This document shows positions 29,035 through 32,000 of a stretch of 32,000 nucleotides of DNA, one piece after another; the first letter of the stretch is position 1; the number at the start of each line of letters is the position of its first letter. Source of the stretch: Phycisphaera mikurensis NBRC 102666 (GTDB taxonomy: Bacteria; Planctomycetota; Phycisphaerae; Phycisphaerales; Phycisphaeraceae); assembly GCF_000284115.1 (NCBI RefSeq), contig NC_017080.1, positions 3,600,001-3,632,000 on the forward strand, written 5' to 3'. A program made the translations under genes and the position numbers. The notes below the pieces were generated by a model. That model searched no databases, was not told where the DNA came from, and was given only the letters and a program-made list of their open reading frames with translations.

Positions 29035-30299
29035 CGCCGCGGATCGTCCGGAGCCGCCAAGCGCTTCATCAGCCGCACCAGGAGCTCCACGGCGACGGCG
29101 ACGTCGGCCACGTCGGCGGCTTCGTCCAGGTGGTGGGAGATCCCGCCGGGGTGGCGGAGGAACAGCAGCGCCGCCGGGAACTCAGCCGCCATCACCACGG
29201 CGTCGTGGCCGGCGCCCGAGACCATCGCCGGACCGGCCTGGCCGAGCTCCGCCAGCAACGCCCCGCAGCGGGCGCCGAGCTTCGCGTCCATCTTCACGGC
29301 CGGCTGGTTCTGGTTCTCCTCCACGGTCAGCTCGCAGCCTTCGGCGGCGGCGAGGTCGATCGCCTGCTCCAGCAGCCGGCCGACGGCGGCGACACGCACC
29401 GCGTCCTCGGCGTGGCGGACGTCCATGGAGAGGTCGACGCGGCCGGGCACGACGTTCCGCGTGTTTGGGAGCACGTCCAGCCGCCCCACCGTGGCCTTCA
29501 GTCCGGGCGTGGCGAGGCCCTCGGCACGCACCGCCGCCACCACGCCGGCCGCGGCGAGCAGGGCGTCCTGGCGTTGGTCCATCGGCCGCGTCCCGGCGTG
29601 GGCGGTTCGCCCGGTCAGCCGCACGAGCAGCCGGCTCTGCCCGGCGACCGCGGACACCACGCCCACCGACCGCCCCGCCGCCTCCAGGAGCGGGCCCTGC
29701 TCCAGGTGCGTCTCGACGAAGCCGAGCACGTCTTCGGGCCGGTACGCCGCTTCGGGCAGCAACCGCGGGTTCTGGCCGAAGGCGCGGATCGCGTCTTCCA
29801 TCAGGACGCCCGATCTGTCCGGGCGCGTCAGCAGCTCGTAGTCGAAGGTCCCCGCGACCGCCCGGCTGCCCAGGTACGGCGTCGCGTAACGCACGCCTTC
29901 CTCCTCGCTGAAGGCGACGACGTCGACGTGGAAGGGCAGCGGCTCGCGGCGGCCGAAGGCCTCCACCGCCGCGAGCGCCGCCAGCACGCCGAGGACGCCG
30001 TCGTAGCGGCCGGCGCCGGGCACGGAGTCGATGTGGGAGCCCAGCAGCAGGACCCTCGGCCGGCTCCCATCGAGCGGAGCCGCGGACCGCCGCCCGATCA
30101 GGTTCCCCGCCGCGTCGGTCCGCGGCGCCAGCCCCGCCGACCGCATCCACCCCGCGAGCTTCCCGTGCGCCTCCTTCATCGCCGGGGTCAGGTACCGGCG
30201 GGTGATGCGGTCCTCCTCCTCCGAGCAGGCCGCGATCGCGTCGCAGCGGAGCATGGCCGTCTCGGCGGCGGCGAGAGACTCTGGAGACGGAGCGTGCAC
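29031..30299 (-). CDS. Second M20-family amidohydrolase paralog (ureidoglycolate amidohydrolase or allantoate amidohydrolase candidate)
   Basis: GSHIDSVPGAGRYDGVLGVLAALAA, AFSEEEGVRY, AHAGTRPMDQRQDA and SGAGHDA. Start uncertain: GTG 30299 is preferred and ATG 30254 is possible. TTG 30395 is rejected because it lies in the repeat array. Confidence 0.75.
   Translation of the reverse strand: MHAPSPESLAAAETAMLRCDAIAACSEEEDRITRRYLTPAMKEAHGKLAGWMRSAGLAPRTDAAGNLIGRRSAAPLDGSRPRVLLLGSHIDSVPGAGRYDGVLGVLAALAAVEAFGRREPLPFHVDVVAFSEEEGVRYATPYLGSRAVAGTFDYELLTRPDRSGVLMEDAIRAFGQNPRLLPEAAYRPEDVLGFVETHLEQGPLLEAAGRSVGVVSAVAGQSRLLVRLTGRTAHAGTRPMDQRQDALLAAAGVVAAVRAEGLATPGLKATVGRLDVLPNTRNVVPGRVDLSMDVRHAEDAVRVAAVGRLLEQAIDLAAAEGCELTVEENQNQPAVKMDAKLGARCGALLAELGQAGPAMVSGAGHDAVVMAAEFPAALLFLRHPGGISHHLDEAADVADVAVAVELLVRLMKRLAAPDDPRR
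30080..30125. repeat. 46-bp symmetric element CCGCGGACCG-N26-CGGTCCGCGG
   Basis: Perfect arms, inside the second M20 amidohydrolase ORF. Confidence 0.85.
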
Positions 30300-30388
30300 G
30301 GCGGAGAAGCTACGGGACACGCTGCGGCCCGCGCCGCCCCCGCCGCCGTTCAAACGTCCAAGGCAACCAAGCGGTCGAAGGATCCAGC

Positions 30389-30645
30389 CAGTCAAGGGGC
30401 CAGGCCCCGGCAGTCAAGGGGTCAGGCAGTCAAGAAGAGTCAAGGGGTCGGGCAGTCAAGGGGTCAGGCCCCTGGCAGTCATGGCAGTCAAGGCAGTCAA
30501 GGGGTCAGGCAGTCAAGGGGCAGTCAAGGGGTCAGGCCCCTTGACAAGGCCCCTCAACAGGCAGCTTTCGCGCTTTTGAGGGGCCAATCTTTCGAGGGGC
30601 CAGGCCCCTTGAAAGGAGGTCCCTCGAACGAGGTACAAGGGGAGT
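30389..30645 (+). repeat. Degenerate tandem array of GTCAAGGGG-type repeats plus GGGGYCAGGCCCC palindromes
   Basis: Direct copies start at 30391, 30413, 30429, 30439, 30455, 30478 (variant), 30487, 30496, 30512 and 30523. Inverted or variant copies lie at 30537-30545, 30550-30558, 30576-30583, 30592-30612 and 30633-30642. GGGGYCAGGCCCC occurs at 30396, 30460, 30528 and 30595. Confidence 0.85.
30523..30545. promoter_or_regulatory. Perfect 9-bp inverted repeat GTCAAGGGG-TCAGG-CCCCTTGAC closing the repeat array (operator-like)
   Basis: Read directly. It lies in the divergent region between the M20 gene (minus strand) and xdhA (plus strand), so it is not positioned as a terminator. Confidence 0.4.
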
Positions 30646-30770
30646 CGCGGCCGCGCACCGGTCCTCCGCACGGGGAGGGTGCGGGCGACGGGGCGGACGC
30701 GCTACGCTGCCCGGTCCCGCGAGGCCGTCGATGCCTGCCGACGCCCGCCGAGCCCGTTTGCCCGACGAAC

Positions 30771-32000
30771 ATGCGTGACCACGCGGTCCTCTATCTCAAT
30801 GGCCGGCGCCGCGAGGTGCGCGGGGCCGACCTGCTGCTGCCGCTGTCGACGTGGCTGCGCGAGAACCAGCGGCTGACCGGCACCAAGATCGTCTGCGCCG
30901 AGGGCGACTGCGGGGCCTGCTCTCTGCTGGTCGGCCGCCGCGAGGATCCCGCCGACGACGCCCTCACCTACCGCGCGATCGACGCGTGCATCGCCTTCGT
31001 CTACCAGGCGGACCGGGCGCACGTGGTGACCGTCGAGGGGCTGCGGGAGGAGGACGGCTCGCTGTCGAGCGTCCAGCAGGCGATGGTTGCCTGCCACGGC
31101 AGCCAGTGCGGCTTCTGCACGCCGGGCTTCGTCACCACGATCCACGCGGTCCACGAAGAGCCGAAGCAGGTGGGCGTGACGGTGAACGGCCAGGAGCCCG
31201 ACGAGGAGGAGATCGACTGGCCGCACGCGCTCTCCGGCAACCTGTGCCGCTGCACGGGCTACGTGCAGATCTTCGACGCGGCCAGGGCGGTGGACCCCGC
31301 GTCGCTCACCCGGCTCAACGATCGCTACCCGGCGGCCGCGATGCTCGACGACTTCGACGCCGCCGCCGAGGCCCCGCTCGATGCGAGCTTCGAGCGCGGA
31401 GGCCGGCCCTGCCGCGTCGCCGCCCCCCGCACGCTCGCGGCCGCCGCGGCCTTCCGCGCCGAGCACCCCGCCTGCCGGGTCGCTTCGGGCACGACCGACC
31501 TGGGCGTGCAGCACCGCCACGGCCGCTACGAGCCGGAGGTCGTGCTCGGGCTGCACGCGGTGGACGGACTCGGCGGCATCGACCGGGTGAGCGATGACGA
31601 CGCCGGGGGTGAATCCAAGCGCGAGCACCTGCTCATCGGCGCGGCCGCCACGTGGACACGCATCGCTCGCGAGGTCCAGCGCGACCTGCCGGCGTACCAC
31701 GCCGTCCTGATGCGCTTCGGCAGCCCGCAGATCCGCAACGCCGGCACGCTCGCCGGCAACCTCGCCAACGGCAGCCCCATCGCCGACAGCGTCCCGCTGC
31801 AGCTCGTGCTCGAGGCCGAGCTGGAGCTGATCTCGGGCGCCGGCGTCCGCCGCCGCGTCCCGCTCACCCGCTTCTACACCGGGTACAAGCAGATGGACCT
31901 CCGCGACGACGAGCTGATCGCCGCCGTCCGCCTGCCGCTGCCCATGCCGAGCCAGCGCCTCTCGCTGCACAAGGTCAGCAAGCGGCGCGACATGGACATC
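30771..32000 (+). CDS. xdhA: Xanthine dehydrogenase small subunit (2Fe-2S + FAD-binding), 3' end outside window
   Basis: Not in the ORF track because there is no stop in the window. Manual translation from ATG 30771 gives MRDHAVLYLNGRRREV...CAEGDCGACSLLV...CHGSQCGFCTPGF, then the FAD domain SGTTDLGVQ...NAGTLAGNLANGSPIADS, all in one frame to the window end. Confidence 0.85.
   Translation, partial: MRDHAVLYLNGRRREVRGADLLLPLSTWLRENQRLTGTKIVCAEGDCGACSLLVGRREDPADDALTYRAIDACIAFVYQADRAHVVTVEGLREEDGSLSSVQQAMVACHGSQCGFCTPGFVTTIHAVHEEPKQVGVTVNGQEPDEEEIDWPHALSGNLCRCTGYVQIFDAARAVDPASLTRLNDRYPAAAMLDDFDAAAEAPLDASFERGGRPCRVAAPRTLAAAAAFRAEHPACRVASGTTDLGVQHRHGRYEPEVVLGLHAVDGLGGIDRVSDDDAGGESKREHLLIGAAATWTRIAREVQRDLPAYHAVLMRFGSPQIRNAGTLAGNLANGSPIADSVPLQLVLEAELELISGAGVRRRVPLTRFYTGYKQMDLRDDELIAAVRLPLPMPSQRLSLHKVSKRRDMDI

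Noticed and set aside
30300-30395. TTG start at 30395 giving a 454-aa M20 protein.
   Set aside because: The start codon lies inside the first GTCAAG repeat, and the extra N-terminus (MTGWILRPLGCLGRLNGGGGGAGRS) has no family resemblance. GTG 30299 or ATG 30254 give N-termini of normal length for AllC-like enzymes.
30389-30645. Possible CRISPR array.
   Set aside because: The repeat units are only 9-11 bp, irregularly spaced by 0-14 nt and without unique spacers of CRISPR size. No cas genes occur in the window.

Overview
Very GC-rich bacterial chromosomal segment. The style resembles a high-GC Gram-negative, possibly Planctomycetota, but the taxon cannot be established from this window. I support about 28 protein-coding genes. 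1-8.3 kb: clpB (5'-truncated by the window edge), a methyltransferase-fold protein, a CsgG/HfaB-like lipoprotein, a lone flagellin gene and mfd. 8.5-11.8 kb: an NAD-salvage locus with pncB, an internally deleted NrtR-like ORF, a 3'-truncated pncA and an ADP-ribosylglycohydrolase. 12.2-18.2 kb: an orphan atpD, a secreted cyclophilin, a GT-C glycosyltransferase/methyltransferase fusion and a GH20-like hydrolase. 18.3-32 kb: a nearly complete purine-to-glyoxylate catabolic cluster (ade, uraH, uraD, allB, uricase, two M20 amidohydrolases, ureidoglycine aminohydrolase, xdhA). This cluster is interrupted by an islet carrying a Uma2 endonuclease gene, a MITE and an IS5-like element. Non-genic structure is the most interesting part. 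(1) A family of nine 46-bp symmetric elements, CCGCGGACCG-N26-CGGTCCGCGG, has invariant spacing and unrelated centres. Six lie inside ORFs of unrelated enzymes in two reading frames; three are intergenic. (2) A 160-bp long-palindrome MITE-like element is present three times at about 96% identity, always ending on a CTAG-like tetranucleotide. (3) About ten direct GTCAAGGGG repeats, plus inverted copies, fill the divergent xdhA / amidohydrolase control region. (4) A homopurine/homopyrimidine long hairpin with mutually exclusive inner GC hairpins lies between uraD and the downstream hydrolase-uraH pair. No CRISPR array, tRNA or rRNA was seen. All functional calls rest on motifs read by eye in the translations; no database search was possible.
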